Positions 1-15,480 of a stretch of DNA of 64,000 bases are shown here, one piece after another; positions within the stretch are counted from its first letter, which is position 1; every line of letters begins with the position of its first letter. Source of the DNA: Schmidtea polychroa (lineage: Eukaryota); contig CM097885.1 of NCBI GenBank assembly GCA_044892525.1, forward strand, positions 107,880,001 through 107,944,000. Direction: 5' to 3'. The notes below the pieces were generated by a model. It did no database searches. It saw only the letters and a list, made by a program, of their open reading frames with translations, and had not been told where the DNA came from. The position numbers were made by a program, and so were the translations under genes.

Positions 1-1786
1 AATTACAGTGAATTAATAATTCATAACAATTGCAGGTTAATTATAAATCGGTATTCGGGTCTTGATTATGTTAAATACATTTATAATAATAATAATAATA
101 AGATGCAATGTATTCAAGTATTCAGAATAGATTTTACCAACCTTTGTACAAAAATATACATTTTGTCTTCCTATAGATGTAAGTTTCCCAAAAAACAATT
201 GTCGTTTTTCTCTGGTTAATTCTGCAAATTGTATGTATATTGAAGTTGAATATTATTATATTTACTGTATTTTCAAAGAGAATATGTTTTGTAAAAATAT
301 TTTTTGAAAAATATATAGATTTATTCACATCTTGATAAGGAAAAGTTTAATTTTAAAAATTTGTTTGAATTGTTATATTTTTGAAAGATATAAAATAAAA
401 CGAAACTGAAAAGAAAGATTGAATTAGAGTGGAAAAGAGAGAGAGAGAGAGAGAGAAATTGCTTAATTTTGTATCGGAATGACTAAAATTTAAAAGGTAA
501 AATATTTCATTTTACACTGTGGAATCTTATTATCTTATTACCTATTTATTTATTTTATTGTCATTATTGTTTTTCTCACAGTCTGACTGTTTTCATCGTA
601 TATATTTTGTAATGTTTTATATATTTTTCAATTTATTCGCAGAAATACTTTTCACATTTACTTTGATCTCTAATTTTAATTCATCGATTCCTTTTATTAT
701 GAAATTTCCGTGAATTTTTCTCAATTAACCAATCAAATTGCGAGTTGTATATTGCAGTTTCGGTAACTTTAAAATATTTTTATTTTTTACTTCCCTTAAA
801 TGTTCAATGAATCGGTTTAAACCATAATTTTGACAGAATGCAAACATAATTAACAAACATTTTAAAAGTACTACAAGTCACTTTTTGAGGAAAATGGGTT
901 AAAGATGTCTACTATTACAAAAACATTATACTTGACTTATGCCATTTTTATAATAGACGGCTCGATTGAAGATTTTAATGAGCTTTTTTTTAAATAAATT
1001 GCGAATTAATCTACACAACACTTGGTCGGTGTAAAATGTTACATCAGAAATGTCCTCTCTCAATTACAGCAGAAAAAATTATTAAATTATAAAAAATTTA
1101 GTATTTCAAATATATGCAAATTTCAGTTTTTTTTTCGTTTCTTTTATGCTAAACATTTTGTACAGTTTTTAAAGTTAAATAAAATCTCAACCAACGAAAT
1201 GTAAAGGGATTTGAAATTTATATACAAAAAAATAAAACCCTTTCGGGAAGCAGTTAGCATTGCTAGTTTCCTAACAATATTTATACAATCCAAACAAATT
1301 AATTCATAGCTTTTTCATATTTAATATATTTAAAAAATTGCATAATTATTTTTTATTATTTTGGAAATGAATTTGGTTTAATATTATCTTATTATGAAAT
1401 TTTTGGATTTTATCAGTCACAATTGTACAGGATATTTATACAACTAAAATCATATATCATTTTTATCAAAATTTTAAAATAAATATTTATTTATTTGATA
1501 AATATTTTTAAAAAATATATCAGAATTTATCTCTACATTTTTATGGTCTCAATCGAGATAAAGAACAGATTTTCTAAAACTAGGAGACAAAACTTTCAAT
1601 AACTTATTTTTTTAGTAATTAAAATATTATCGATAATTAAAAGTTTTTAAAAATTCATTTATTTTATTTTCATTTTTATAATAATAATTAATATAATATA
1701 TTATAAATACTTTTACAAATGGTTTTTGCGTTTATTCTTATTGGCATCGTTGATGATGGCTTTCAGTCAAACACGATCATGAAAGG

Positions 1787-2208
1787 CAGTGTTTCTTAAC
1801 CTATTCGGTGTAATGGACCCATTTTATAATTTATTAAATGCAAATATTCAAAACAAAAGAATTTTAAAATAGCAATTATTACAAAATATTTCATAAACAT
1901 CAACTATTTATTTATGTGAAGGTTGTTGCAATTATTATCTGCCTGACACCCTTTTACAGAAAGCACTTCTTCCAAAATTTAAAAATTTACATAAAAAATT
2001 AATTTAAAAAAATATTTTATTATTTTATTTTTTCAATCGAAATAAAATTCAAATATTATTTTTTTGCTAATGCAGTGTGAAAAAAACCTATTTTGATTTG
2101 AAAAAATTACTTTGGTTTAATTTTCTTGTTGTACTTAAACTTTTAAAAATTAAATCGTATTCGGCGGACCCCCTACGGGCTCCATTGACCCCAGGTTAAG
2201 AAACCATG
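1787..2208. mobile_element. hAT-type non-autonomous DNA transposon (MITE)
   Basis: Imperfect TIRs CAGTGTTTCTTAACCT ... AGGTTAAGAAACCATG (14/16 match), subterminal GACCCC motifs and a decayed 8-bp TSD (atgaaagg/gtgtaaga). Confidence 0.7.
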
Positions 2209-2424
2209 GTGTAAGAGATGTATGCAATAGTACTAAATTTACTAATAACACTTTTAGGATAAAATCAACATATTTCGAGAAGTAAATTGAAAATTTATGG
2301 CAGTTGAAAAAAGAAAAATGTAAAACTACTAATAAATAAATTAATTAAAAATTGAATATCTCATCAGACATCTTAAAATAGAAAGTAAAATTCATCTTTT
2401 GACATAAAAGGATCTGTATGGGTT

Positions 2425-2560
2425 TTGTAGAGCTTATCGAATGCCTAAATAGAATTCTACGAAAAATATATGATGCATGACTAAAGTTTGCACCGTAGAA
2501 ATATCAACTTATGATGGAGAAGTAAAGTTTTTGGGGCACATAATTAATGAGGATAAAGGT
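2425..2560 (+). pseudogene. Ty3/gypsy reverse transcriptase fragment (decayed)
   Basis: Manual translation ELIECLNRILRKIYDA*LKFAP*KYQLMM/EVKFLGHII matches the gypsy RT C-terminal L...KC....V.FLGH.I motif; contains stops and a frameshift. Confidence 0.65.
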
Positions 2561-4989
2561 CAGTATTGAGACAATATTATCTATTAGCTCAAATTAACGG
2601 ATGTCTCTGATATATATTCACAATTTAATTATTTTATGAAAATAATTTCAATGTTTTAATATTTTTTAATAATTTACGTGTTGTCAATAATTCGTAATTT
2701 ATATTTCATCTTCTTTTGATACAATTATTAATACTTTGGCGGTTAACATTAATTATAAATTTCTAGGTTGATTTTTATATTTGCAGCTGGGTATATAATT
2801 TATCTTGCCTCATTCATGTCAATAAAAAATAACCAATAAATGTTTAAAAAATTTGTTTTTATGTTAGTTAACATATTTTAATTAAAACTTAAAACATTAT
2901 AAGATTTATGTAGTACTTATTTTCCATTTACAAAAACTACATAAAGATGACTGATATATAAGTTACTCATTAATCATAGGATTCTTCAATTTCCTCCAGT
3001 CGATTAAAAGCTTTTTCTTTTACTCCATAATTATGTTTTTCCTGAACATATTCAAACGATATTCAATTATCACATGTAGTTTGCATGCAATGTACATTTC
3101 ATTCAATTTTGAATACTTTATTCTTTATTGAAAATTTATCAGAAATATNNNNNNNNNNNNNNNNNNNNNNNNNNNNNNNNNNNNNNNNNNNNNNNNNNNN
3201 NNNNNNNNNNNNNNNNNNNNNNNNNNNNNNNNNNNNNNNNNNNNNNNNNNNNNNNNNNNNNNNNNNNNNNNNNNNNNNNNNNNNNNNNNNNNNNNNNNNN
3301 NNNNNNNNNNNNNNNNNNNNNNNNNNNNNNNNNNNNNNNNNNNNNNNNNNNNNNNNNNNNNNNNNNNNNNTCTATAACAATAGTATTTTATTTTAACAAT
3401 TTTTATTTTATTTTTTGCCTAATATTCATGGATCATCTTGTTTTGTTTATTTAAGATATAAAACATATAAAACATTCAATTGAAACTTTTGATTTTTTAT
3501 AAATTTAATTTTTTTATAAATTTATAAGTCTTATTTAAACGCATAATTTCCAATATTTACTACTAAATTTGCATTGGTTTAATTTTCCATGTGGTTTGTT
3601 ATTTTTTTACTCTTAACCGATTATTTTGGACATTGTAAAAAACACAGTAAAGTAGTGCTTTTTAGTATTTCTATTTTTTGTCTGAAATATGAAATATATT
3701 TAATGTAAATTATATGATTTTATAATTTGGAAATTTACAGACACAAATTAAATATTTTATTTTTCGTATTGCTCTTTACAATATCCATTAAATTCTATTT
3801 TCTCAAATCATGGACGTACAATGCTTAATTTTTAAATGCTTCGGAAAAATATTAGCAAATAATTCTTTGCAGAATGTTTCCCAAAGAATAAATATTGTAT
3901 AAAACTGGTTGAGATGGAATCATTTTTAATTTACACCAATTAAAAGAAAATGAGATGAAAACAGATTATAAAGAAAATATTAGAAAAAATAATATCATGA
4001 ACTGCAATTTATTTTCAAGCCGTTTTAATTTATTCTTTCTTTAAATTCAACAAAAATCATGAAATATTTTCTCACTCTTTAACATTTAAGATAATAAAAT
4101 TGATTTTCTACAATTTATTTTATTTAAAAATTATTTTAAAATTTATTTCAAACAATACATATTTAATTTTAGTTTTCCTTTTCAATTGATTTTTTAATTT
4201 ATGAAAGTTAATTATTTGCAAAAGGCATTGAGAAAGAGAAAATTAAAACAACTAAATGTCGAAAAAGAGATTACAAAATAAAATGCAAATGTTAATTAAC
4301 AAGTGGAATGATTTTTGCATTTTAAATTAAAACATTTAATTTATTTAAAGACAGTCTGCCAAGATTGGCATTTGAATTCGTTCTATTACACTTCCTAAAT
4401 TTATGACAGAATCGATTTCAATAAAAAGATTTTTCCACAAGCATGAAATTCGAAAATAGATTTATAATGAAAAAAGGAAATATTTCCAACATAAAATTAA
4501 ATTTTTTTTTTATTTTAAGATTCAAAGATTTGAATTAATAATTGCCAAGAGAAAAGTAATTAGAATTCAAATATTTTTATATAAATTTTTATTTTTAGTA
4601 AATAATTTATTTAAAAGTATTAGTAAGTAAAGTTTGTTTGAATTATTGCCAGGAATAAAATGGTTACCTAGAAATATGTGAATTTAATACATGATGTATT
4701 TTAGCTTAAGGTTAATCAGAATAAAATAAGAATAATAATACATTTTGCTAAATAAAATATTTTTTCCATATTAATATCAAGGATATCATCACTTATTCAT
4801 TGATTTCTTTAGACACAATGTTTGAGGTCTATCAAACATGATTAATAACATTTTTATGGTGACATAATATTAGCACCCCAAGTTCTTATGTTCAAAGAAT
4901 GTCAAAAGGCTTGAAGCACAAAGATTTTTAAAGGGTTAAATATCATTAGAACGAAACTGATACTATAAAATCAAGATTTAAAAAGCGTA

Positions 4990-6545
4990 TAACGAGAAGA
5001 ATAATAAAAGAAACGATTTATTTTTAGGTTGCTTATTATGGAATGAAAACATCTCTAAACATCATCTTTTGTATGGTAGGTTTTTCATGTACTTCTTTAG
5101 TTTGGAACTTAAATGGTTAATTTTCTTTATAATAATTATTTATGAAGTTTTAGTGGATTCTTTTATAGCACCAACGATGGCTTCAATAATTTTGACAAAT
5201 TTAGAAAAGAAAACAGCACTTTTCTATTTGAGAAACCTGTGATATACAAACGGTAGGTGGATGACATTTTCTTTTTAGAAAATTACAGATATTGCTTTTT
5301 TTGCATTATATGAATAGTTTGCATAAACTAATTACATTTATTATTATAAGAACTTTTATTTCTTCCAATTTCACCACTGATTATTTTTTCCATTGAATTT
5401 ATTAAAAAGAGAGTTTGAAGACTATAAATCAGTAATATATCGATGTTTGTTGATACTCACAAATTTTCGGCACTGCCTTTTTCAAGTGAATTTCACTTGA
5501 AAAAGGCAGTGCCGAAAATTCGTGAGTATCAACAAACATCGATATATTACTGATTTATAGTCTTCAAACTCTCTTTTTAATTACATTTACTTGTGAAGCG
5601 GAGAGAAAATCATTTAATCCTGCATAAATGGTTAACATTATGAGACTGAAATGTATGGAAAACTAATTATAAGTTGTCATTATACTTCTACTGAAAGATT
5701 TTGTGAAATTGAAAATAAAAGAAATATGGTGAAAGAATGGCTTTAGTCAGAAAAAATGTGATAATAAATTTTTTAAGTTGTTGATGAAGAATGGATATTC
5801 AAAATATTTTTAATTAGTGGTGTTGAAGAGTATTTTAGATAAGAATTCTAATAATCCTAATGATCTATTCATGAATATGTATATTTATGATTTGAGTAGT
5901 ATGCCTACAGTGAATGATGTTGTAAAGAACAATAGTCTTTTTTTGGGGGCATGGTAAGCCTAAATCTTTGCTGGTATTGAATTACTCAGGCGGTAAAAAA
6001 AGATTATAAAAGATATATAGGCAATTTGGTAATCTAAATTATAGAATTTTTTCTAATTAGTACAAGTGACACGATTTAATTTTTATTACAAAGTGGCTGT
6101 CCAAAATAAGCGAGAACATTAAAAGCTGTATGAGTAAAATAAGTATGTTTGATTTTTAAAGTCCAGTGAAAACTTTTGTTTTGAATGTTTTAAATAAGTA
6201 CGGTGCTAAATTGAGGGAATGTAAATTTTTGTTGTTTTCAAAAGTATCAAATGGTTAATTTATTATGTTAAATAGATTATTATTTAAAATTTATGTAAAG
6301 TTTATGGATTGATGATTAATATTAAAACTATTTTGAGTGTATTTTAAATATATGAATTTTAAAAATTAAAATATTTTTTTTAATTTGACATTTTTTTTTA
6401 AAAATAAATAATTATTTATGTTGTCAATAAAAATTTTAAAAATATTAAAAATAATCTAATAATTAGTTTGACGAAATTATATTATCTATAGTTTTTTCTT
6501 CCGACTTTATGATGACAGTAAGACGGTCGAAATACATCGTAAAGG
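4990..6545 (+). mobile_element. Decayed Penelope-like retroelement
   Basis: RT motifs IAPTMASIILTNLEKK ... YKR*VDDIF at 5165-5275 (PLE-type SP..ANI.M..LE / RYVDDIF). A degenerate hammerhead-like 3' motif (TGATGAC...GTCGAAA) lies at about 6505-6538. Boundaries approximate. Confidence 0.55.
5401..5581. repeat. Near-perfect 181-bp palindrome (90-bp arms, 1-nt spacer, 1 mismatch)
   Basis: Centre ...TTTTTCAAGTGAA-T-TTCACTTGAAAAA... at 5491; the arms read as reverse complements out to 5401 and 5581. Confidence 0.95.
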
Positions 6546-9500
6546 GATAATTGTGTAGCTGTTTTTAATAATTTATTTATTTCCATGGTTGTTTCATTAT
6601 ATTTTTATTAAAAGAAATAAAGATATATATATATTGGTTTCCAAGAAATTACTTAAATTGCTTCAATCTTTTTTTGTTTCCCTAATCTAACCATTATTGA
6701 AAGTTCTTGTGGAATATTATCTATGAGATTTTATAATGAAAGGAAAGTAAATGACTAAATAAAAAGATCAAAAAATTAAATGGTTGTAAACCGAGATGTC
6801 AAACCTTTGCAGATCCTTCAATAAAACATTATCTGAAGTAACACAAATGAAAAGTTGTGTTTTTAACGCTTGCATTGCTCATTTAAAAGTCTTGTTATTA
6901 AATTATATGTTTTACTGTATAATATTACTGTTAATTATTATTTTTACTGCAAAGATTTTAATTTATTTATTACCAACCGATAAGGTTTGAATCAACACTA
7001 AAATGACTATTGAATATATTAGTATTTTATAGTATATATTTTTATAGTATAAATATTTAATACAATAAAGCTTAAAGTAAGACTATGTAAATTGCAAATA
7101 ATTATTCGTTTTATTATAACATTTTATTTTTCTTTATATGAATTTTCGTCATTTTTTCTTACAAAATCGTTTTGAAATTTTATATAAATAATATTTGTAA
7201 CATTTTAATATGACAATTATTATTTCAAACACATGCAAAAATACATTTGTTTCCCATACTAATTTATATCTTTTGAATTTAAAGTAATTAATTTTTTAGG
7301 GAAATGTTTCAAAATTACCCAGTAATTCTGACTAATAAAGCAGTGAAATAATTAATATGAAAGTCAACTAGAAAAACAAAAATACAATTGTTATTATTGC
7401 TTCAGATGGATAAATCTCATATCTCAATAACATTTTAGTAGTTTTAGAAAAGAATATTAGTTAAATTTGAAAACAAAAGTTATAAAAAGATTTTGTGGAG
7501 ATTTTGTAATGAAAATAATTTTAAGCATCTTTAGATATTATTTATAATTTATAAGAGTTTTCTTCAATAACAAATTATTACCTCTATTTGTGATTTAAAC
7601 AATAAATAAAATTCCCGATTGAGTAAATTTTAGAAATTTTGTATTGATGGAAAAGATTATTTTATAAAATTGAAGAAAAATAAAAGTAAATTTCAATGAG
7701 ATTATGAAAATTTTAATTTTAACAAAGAAGCATAATAAAATGAATTTAGAATTCACAGAATGATTTGATGTAATCCATCTTTCGACTTCTTAATGTAAAT
7801 GTTATAATTATTTAAATAAAATTAGTTTATNNNNNNNNNNNNNNNNNNNNNNNNNNNNNNNNNNNNNNNNNNNNNNNNNNNNNNNNNNNNNNNNNNNNNN
7901 NNNNNNNNNNNNNNNNNNNNNNNNNNNNNNNNNNNNNNNNNNNNNNNNNNNNNNNNNNNNNNNNNNNNNNNNNNNNNNNNNNNNNNNNNNNNNNNNNNNN
8001 NNNNNNNNNNNNNNNNNNNNNNNTATTAAATGTAAATTTTTATAATGAACTGAAAAGAATATTTTGAATTGGTTGCTTCACATATTAGTTTTGATTGAAA
8101 ATGTTCAGAAAAAAAACAATTTTAAGCGGTAAAAATGAAGAGAAAATCAATTTTTTGCACTGATAATTAAATTTTAGTCTGATTTTATTTAGAAATTGTT
8201 TATTTATATTAATAGAAATAAAATATTTATTATTTTCTTTTGATATTTTTATAACTGAATAATTTGATATTTCTAATTTGATTATTTGATAATTATGAGA
8301 ATAGATATTTTTTATTATTAAAAATTGATATTCATACCTGTTTGAAATTTGATACATTTTAGTATTTTTATGGTAATAATAATAATAATAAATTCAAATG
8401 CTTTTTTGTTTTTTTTTATTACTAGACCCAAGAATCTGAGCACTTCATATAATAAAATGTTTATAAAATACATTTAATATCTTACAAACGAAGCATATGA
8501 GAAATTCATATCATCCTTGTGTCATCAAATAGGTTTGAACACAATTAAAGTTTTTAGTGGCATCCCATTGTGATAAGAAGTTGAAACTGCTATATGCAAA
8601 TACAGTTTGAGTTACAATTGATGTCATATTTTAGATATGTAAGGTTTGCCAGCTAGATTGCATGGATGTAAATTAAAGTATGTTTTTAAAATCAGCTTTG
8701 ACTTTATGTTTTTGACTGCCTGTTACTAATGTGTATAGGGACATTTTTGTGCTTATAACAGATATAATTTCGAAATGGTTATTTTTATTTATGATCAACA
8801 ACAAGAAGGATTTTTCAGTTTTATTTTTCTTAAAATTTACAATTTAATAATAATAATATACAAAAAATCTTTCTAATCTTTATACATAATTCAAATATTT
8901 TAAATTTTATAATAAAAATTCATTTTAATTTTAATTTACAATTTACAATTTTATGAGTTATTGTGTCAGTATTTGGGATAATATTAATGTTTTCATTTCG
9001 CTTTTTATCAATAAATTCATTAATTGTTTAATAAATTTTGACCATAAACGACTCGTTTGGATTCAAATTCCAATGTCTGTTTTCATTTCTAAAATAAGAA
9101 GCCAAATAAAATATTTGAATGTTTTGAAATTTCTTGTGGAAAAGAAAGTGAAAATTTTTAACACTGTTTTTTTTATTTAATTAGGTAGGGTAGATAGAAT
9201 TTCCTGAACAGACAGGCAGATACTATTTTACAGTCAAGCAGTTTCGACAATGTTTATTTAGACAGAGACCTTTTTTTTAAGTTTAAAGAATTCTGCTATT
9301 TATTCTCTTACAACATTTTTTAAGATAATAATTTGCATGATACCTAAATTTTAAAATTTAATGGAAACTTATAAAAACAAATAATGATATTTATTAATTA
9401 ATTTTAAATTAATTTTAAAAGTTGAAATAGTAAATTTTTATTTGCCATTTTCCATTGAAGCCAGTTTTCTGGATCAAATTAAGAATTTCTTTTTTTAAGT

Positions 9501-12500
9501 TAGTATAAATCTTTCTGAAAATGGTCGACTGTCAATGAAGAGTAAGAATTCTTTTGTGGGTATTGAAAGAGGATAAGAACATTACCATTGTAATAGATAT
9601 TTATTGGTTTTATTGTTAATTAATAAGTAATTTAATTTAATTTAAGCTAAGTAATCTAAATGCAAATTTTGAATAAGTTGTTTTTTATAATTAATATTTT
9701 TTCAATTATTTGTTTTAAACTTTAACAGTTTTAGCGTTATATTTGCATTTGAAATGAGCACCAGAACTGGAAAGTTGAGAAGTTTTGATTTTACCAATTA
9801 ACATAGTTTCATATAAAACTCACAAAAGAATTTCGTTAGATGGTAGTAAAATGTAAATTATGGCATAACAAAAATATTTTTGATGAAAGCAAAACATAAA
9901 AAACATCGTTTCTCAAATGGAAACAAGATTCAAGGGGAAAAGAATGATTCATGGCAGCCCTTGGGCAATTAAAATCTAAATTTCGAAATGTAATACTTGA
10001 ACTAATTTGAAATATTTCTACGACATTCTGCTAGTTTTATAATGAAATCGGTTTTTATATTATTATAACAAAAAAATGATTTTTAAAATAATTTTTTTTC
10101 TTTAATTGAAAAGTTAAAATAAATAGATATAAAGTTTATGGAACTTTAAGGAACTTTTAGGAAAGTAACAAAAATAAATTTTCAACAGCAACCTCTATTT
10201 AATGGTTAGTTTTTATTTTTAGCTAAACTAATCTAAATTGCTATTGTTGATCCGGAATAGTAAGAAACAATTAATTTTTTAATTACTAATTTAATTAAAG
10301 TATCTTGATACATTGGGCGTTAATGTGTCGAAAAATGAATGCGTTTAAAATTTTGTGATTTTTACTGCAAAATTTTAACTTTAAAAATTTTAATTTAAAA
10401 AAATGGTTCTTAAATAATTAATTAAATTTAATACAATTAATTAATTTAAGGAAATTAATGTTGAAAGCTTTGAAATTAAAAATACTTCAAAATTTAAATG
10501 TTGTGAATTTTCCTGATAAACTATTTCTTTTTCTGGCAAGAATTAACTACAAATTAAAAATAATAATAACTTTAATAATGGCTATAACTCGAATTTTAAA
10601 GCGAGAAACTCGCTATTATTATTTTGACATGGTAATGAAATTAAAAAGCACTCTGGAAGTAATGTAATTTGGAATTACTAAATCAAAATGTTAATGAGGA
10701 AACACAATTAAAAATATTATATAAAAATATTATATAAATATTATATAATCTCAGATAAATGGTAATATTTTTATTCTTCAGTCTGATGACTCGTTTTCAG
10801 TAGTTTTTATTACTACTTCCATAGTCTTAGTGTTTTTCAGTGTATGTTTAAAAATTTGACAAATAAACAAACAATTCCTGATGATTAAAATGGCTCGAAA
10901 ATAGTCTTTTAACCAACATAACATATCATATTTATTAAAAATTGTACATTTATATCATGTAGAAGTCAGCCTCATTTTGTTCGAAAAGTCGTTCATTTTA
11001 AATAATTACTTTAAAAAAATTTAATTTTTTAATTTTTATTTTTTTATTAAATCATATTAAATTAAATAAAATATCAATAAAATCAATCGCTTTCTCTTAA
11101 AAATTGTTAATTTAACAAAATTAATTTTTCCTATCTCTGTCTTTATATCTCTGTCTTAAATATCTTTAGTATTAAAAAATGGCCATTTTACCTAAAGTTA
11201 TTTTTTTCTTTAATTTCTTAATTGTGCAATTTAAACTTATTGAAAATATTAATAATAATATTAATAATAAAATTTTCTAAAAATATAAATAAAAATAATT
11301 TTATTTAGAAATATTTTTAAAATGCTTTTTGTGAACGAAAATTGTAAAAATACTGAAACATTTTTGGTAAAATGGAAATAGGTAGCTTTATTATTAGGAA
11401 TCAAAAAGCGCATAAGACCTTTGTATATGAGAAAACAAATTGATTTAAAAAATTCAAATATTTTTAAAATAATAGATAGTGAGAAAAATAATTAAGAATA
11501 TAAATTTATTGTCAAAAAAATTGATTGAGTAAAATAAAAATAAAAATTGATCAATGATGAAAAATATAAAAGATTTATTATTAAGAATAAAAAGTTATCC
11601 AATCAGAATTAAGGGAATTTTAATTCATTATTGCAATGATCAGATAAACTTATTAATCCCATAAATTTTATTTTAGAAATGACAAGATTTATTTATTTAA
11701 TATTAAAATAATTATCCAAATGCTTGGTTTATTAAAATGAATTTTTTGCAACATGTATGTATAAATGTATCAAATTATAACACAACTCTCTCACGCATCA
11801 AATACAATCCTCTATTCAGGGAGATTTAATAATAAGATTCGTTAATTTTTGATTTATTTCTCATGATTTCAAACAAAACTCTTTTCTATTCTATAAAGCA
11901 TCAATTTTCTTATACGAAGAATGAATTTCACTGAATTTGAAACAAAATTTATAATAATCATATACTCTATGGGTCCTAGAGAGTTCATGGATATGGTTTG
12001 TTTCAATTGAAATTTATTAATGTTTAATAAATATATTAATCGAAAATTTTAAATTAGTAAAAAATTTATCTTTTTTACCATTCGTCGATTTTTGTTTGAA
12101 TTGTTTTTAATATTTATAAATATTTATATATTACTTCTTTAATGTTTATTATATTTTTATTTTTAAATAAATATTAATTGAAAATATATTATTTAAATGA
12201 ATATTTGTTAGTGTTTAAAATTAGAAACTATAATAAAGCTATTTAAATTAAATATAATTTTAATACTTTTAATTGAATATATTTTTGTTTTAATTCTGAA
12301 CTGTGAAATGCAGTTCATTTTAGAAAGAAAATTCATATGCAAACAATAATTTTAAATATCAGTGGATTTTTTTCCGATAAGCCATTTTACTTGAAAAGCA
12401 TAATTAAATAATTCTTAATTTGTATATTTTAATTTCATTTTAAATAATCTTAGGTAACACATTTTTATATCTATTATAAATTACTCAAAAAAATGTTCTA

Positions 12501-13272
12501 AAACAAATAAAAAAGTAAATTTCGAATGAGTTCAAGATCACATTTTATTAATATTGAAAGGGAAATGATCAAAGAAAAATATAGATAATTCTAGTCAGTA
12601 AAACAAAATCTAAGTAAAATATTTAGGCTTTTATTTTTCTCTTGGAAATGACATCAGATATTCTTTCCTAATGAGTCTTGATTTATTTTCTCCCATCAAT
12701 TATTTATTGTCGTTCCCTATTGAATTGGACACATGAATATAAATAGTAAATCCATTGATAATTTCAAAAGATGACATGAAATATTTTTGGATATTTACGA
12801 ATTTAAATATATTTGTCAGATATGGGGGATGAAAAGAAAAACTTAATAGTTTTTTTTTCAGAAATAGCGCATAATATATATTATAGATGTTATCAAAGTT
12901 TTGGATACTACTATAAACTATTTATACAGGTTTAAAAAACATTTTTATTAGATTTTCTGACCGATATCAATTAACAATCTTGCTTTTTTTATCATTCAAA
13001 AGGAGTAAACGAATGGTTTTCCTCCCATTTTTCAATTCTGATCAAGCAAATGGACAAATGTTTAAAATGTAAGCACAAGCAGTTTTTTCTACTGCTTTTA
13101 TTTAAATAACTTTTCCAACTCTTATGAAATTGAATGAAAATAATTAATAGATTTTGTTATTTAACTTCTTGTGATTTATTTTATTATAACATCCTAATTT
13201 ATCCATTATCTTTATTTTCATAAAACAGAAACATCATGTAGATCACTGGTAATTGTTAAAATAATACAACTA

Positions 13273-14612
13273 CAGTCAACTCTCCTACAACGCGATTAAT
13301 ACGTACTGAATTATATGGAAACCGTGTTATAAGAAAGATTATCAAAAGGATGCATTTTCTGTTGATCGCGTTATGAGAAACATAGAAATAAAACAAATCA
13401 TATTAAATTACATCGCATTATAGGTAAAACGCGTTATAAGAAACTGAGAACGAAATTGAAAGAATTCGTACCGAGTTGTATGGAATCTTAGAAATAAGTA
13501 AATTATACACAAATAAGCCTATATAAAAAACTGCATCCTCAAAATGCATTATCAGGTTGTAATTAACCACTTGCGCTATGATTTAATTTTCGGTAGCTGA
13601 GCCGCCCTCTACTATATAAAGTATTGTAAGGCATCGACGCCTCACCGTGTCAGCAAGCTCAGAGGTTTGACCAGTGCTTAGCGCGAAGGTAGGGTCTTAC
13701 ATAAAAGATTTACACGAATATAAATAATTATTCACAACAACAATAAATTTTATTAATCAATAGTCTACTTTTCTTTTTGTTTTTGCGACAAATACTATCG
13801 ACGTGGTATACACGTCACTTGCAGTTCTGAAAAAAATCATCAAGACGTGCCTGGCACGTCAATATAGCGCAAGTGGTTAAAAGGGCTCATAAAGGAATGT
13901 TATAAAATGACAAAGAATATATAATTTATTTAGATATTTTAATCTAAATTTATTCCATATAATTCATAATTCATAAAAGTAAAAAATATTTATTTCCAAA
14001 AAAAATTAAAATGTTGTCTTGTAAATTTTGTGATATTATTCATCATCAACGTCAAATATTAGCCTTCCAAATTTTTTTTCTAATTAGCAGAAAAATTCTC
14101 CTCACTTTTCGAATTTCCTTCTTGGTTTTCAAATGTAGTTTTATTTTGTAGTGCTTCCAAAACCTCTTTATATAGAGCCAAACAATTTTGAAATTCTCTT
14201 TTAAATTTGTCACTGCGTATGGTTAAAGAGTGATTTTTGGGTTAATTGACATTCTAATTGTTTAGTTAAATCTTGTTCTATTTTTAAAATCATAACTGAA
14301 GTTTGAAACGAATTTGTTATTAGTCTCTTCCTGCACAAATGCATTGGAGGTAGACTCATCAAGTAATTGAATTTGAGAAAAATGGAAATTCCTTCTAAAT
14401 ACCTACTATTTACAGACAAACATATAAATTCAAAACATTGAATAAGTATTGCCGTAGATTACTTTTTACGAAATTTCAGTCGCTTGAAAGTCCTTGTATG
14501 AAAACGTGCTATAAGGAGATCCTGTCAAGTCAAAGGATAACAGTCTCAATTTTCACTGCTCGTTATATGGAAATTGCGTTAAAATAATACCGTGTTATAG
14601 GAAAGTTGACTG
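13273..14612 (-). mobile_element. Tigger/pogo-like DNA transposon, internally deleted
   Basis: TIRs CAGTCAACTCTCCTACAACGCG / CCGTGTTATAGGAAAGTTGACTG with TA on both sides; decayed coding remnants on the minus strand at about 14.05-14.4 kb. Confidence 0.8.
13567..13876. mobile_element. piggyBac-type MITE nested in the Tigger-like element
   Basis: Perfect 13-bp TIR CCACTTGCGCTAT / ATAGCGCAAGTGG with TTAA duplicated on both sides (13563-13566, 13877-13880). Confidence 0.9.
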
Positions 14613-15069
14613 TATTATCAAAGGTTTTTGCATATATATATATATATATATATATATAGCAAAATTTACCCAATATCGAGTTTATTCGAGGCACGGGTAA
14701 AACGACCATCTTATATACACAAATGAACTTGTCTAATAGCATTTCCAATAGAAGTAAGATTTGCTTTATAATAAGAACTTCTCACTTACTAATATGAAAT
14801 TGATTCGCTTATTAGCAAGATTAAATATTTACAGTCAAGCAGTTTCTACTGTTTCTACTCTCCATTTTCACTCATCGCCTTACACACACATAGGAAGATT
14901 TATGAATCCACATACTCATAATCCGCGTCTTCTTACAGTATTAGGTAGCAAAAATAGGGCACCATTAGAACCATTGTAATTGTAACATTATGTGTGTGTT
15001 TGGTTGGACGTATTCACTTGCACTTTTTAGTGTAGTATTGATTCTGATTACAACATGATTACTAAACGT

Positions 15070-15480
15070 TCAGAAAATGACCTTCAAATAAAGCAGAATC
15101 ATCACTTGGTTAAACTTTTACAAAGTGAATGTGGCGTGACTGAATCGGCAGTCTCAAGATTGAATAAGCAGAAGGTAGAAATTGTACAATAAGTCATTTG
15201 TCCTAAAGAAGGTTAAACAATTCTTTAGGAGTGATCCACAACATTTGCTTCGGCAGACTGGAATATCTGGAGGCGTGCTTCAAGAGCAAATAGAGCAAGC
15301 TTAAGTAAAGGAGACCGACATCAATCGGATTAATCGCTTCAAAACACGGCATTCCATTGTTGTAAAAAATTTAATAGCGAAACAGCAGATCTTCTTTAAG
15401 CAATATTGCATCAATTTCCACTTAGTGATATTTCCAACGTTGATGAAATAAGGTTATTCTTGCGACTTCTAACAAACTTT
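15070..15480 (+). pseudogene. Tigger/pogo transposase fragment
   Basis: RINRFKTRHSI (CENP-B HTH, GWL.RFK.RH motif) and FPLSDISNVDEIRLF (start of the DDE_1 domain, DIFN.DE.GLF); frameshifted. Confidence 0.7.

Noticed and set aside
10878-10906. Hammerhead ribozyme (CTGATGA...GAAAATAGTC), and similar motifs at about 6505, 33940 and 41950
   Set aside because: Stem II is missing or the catalytic core is mutated; at most these are decayed Penelope-type relics.
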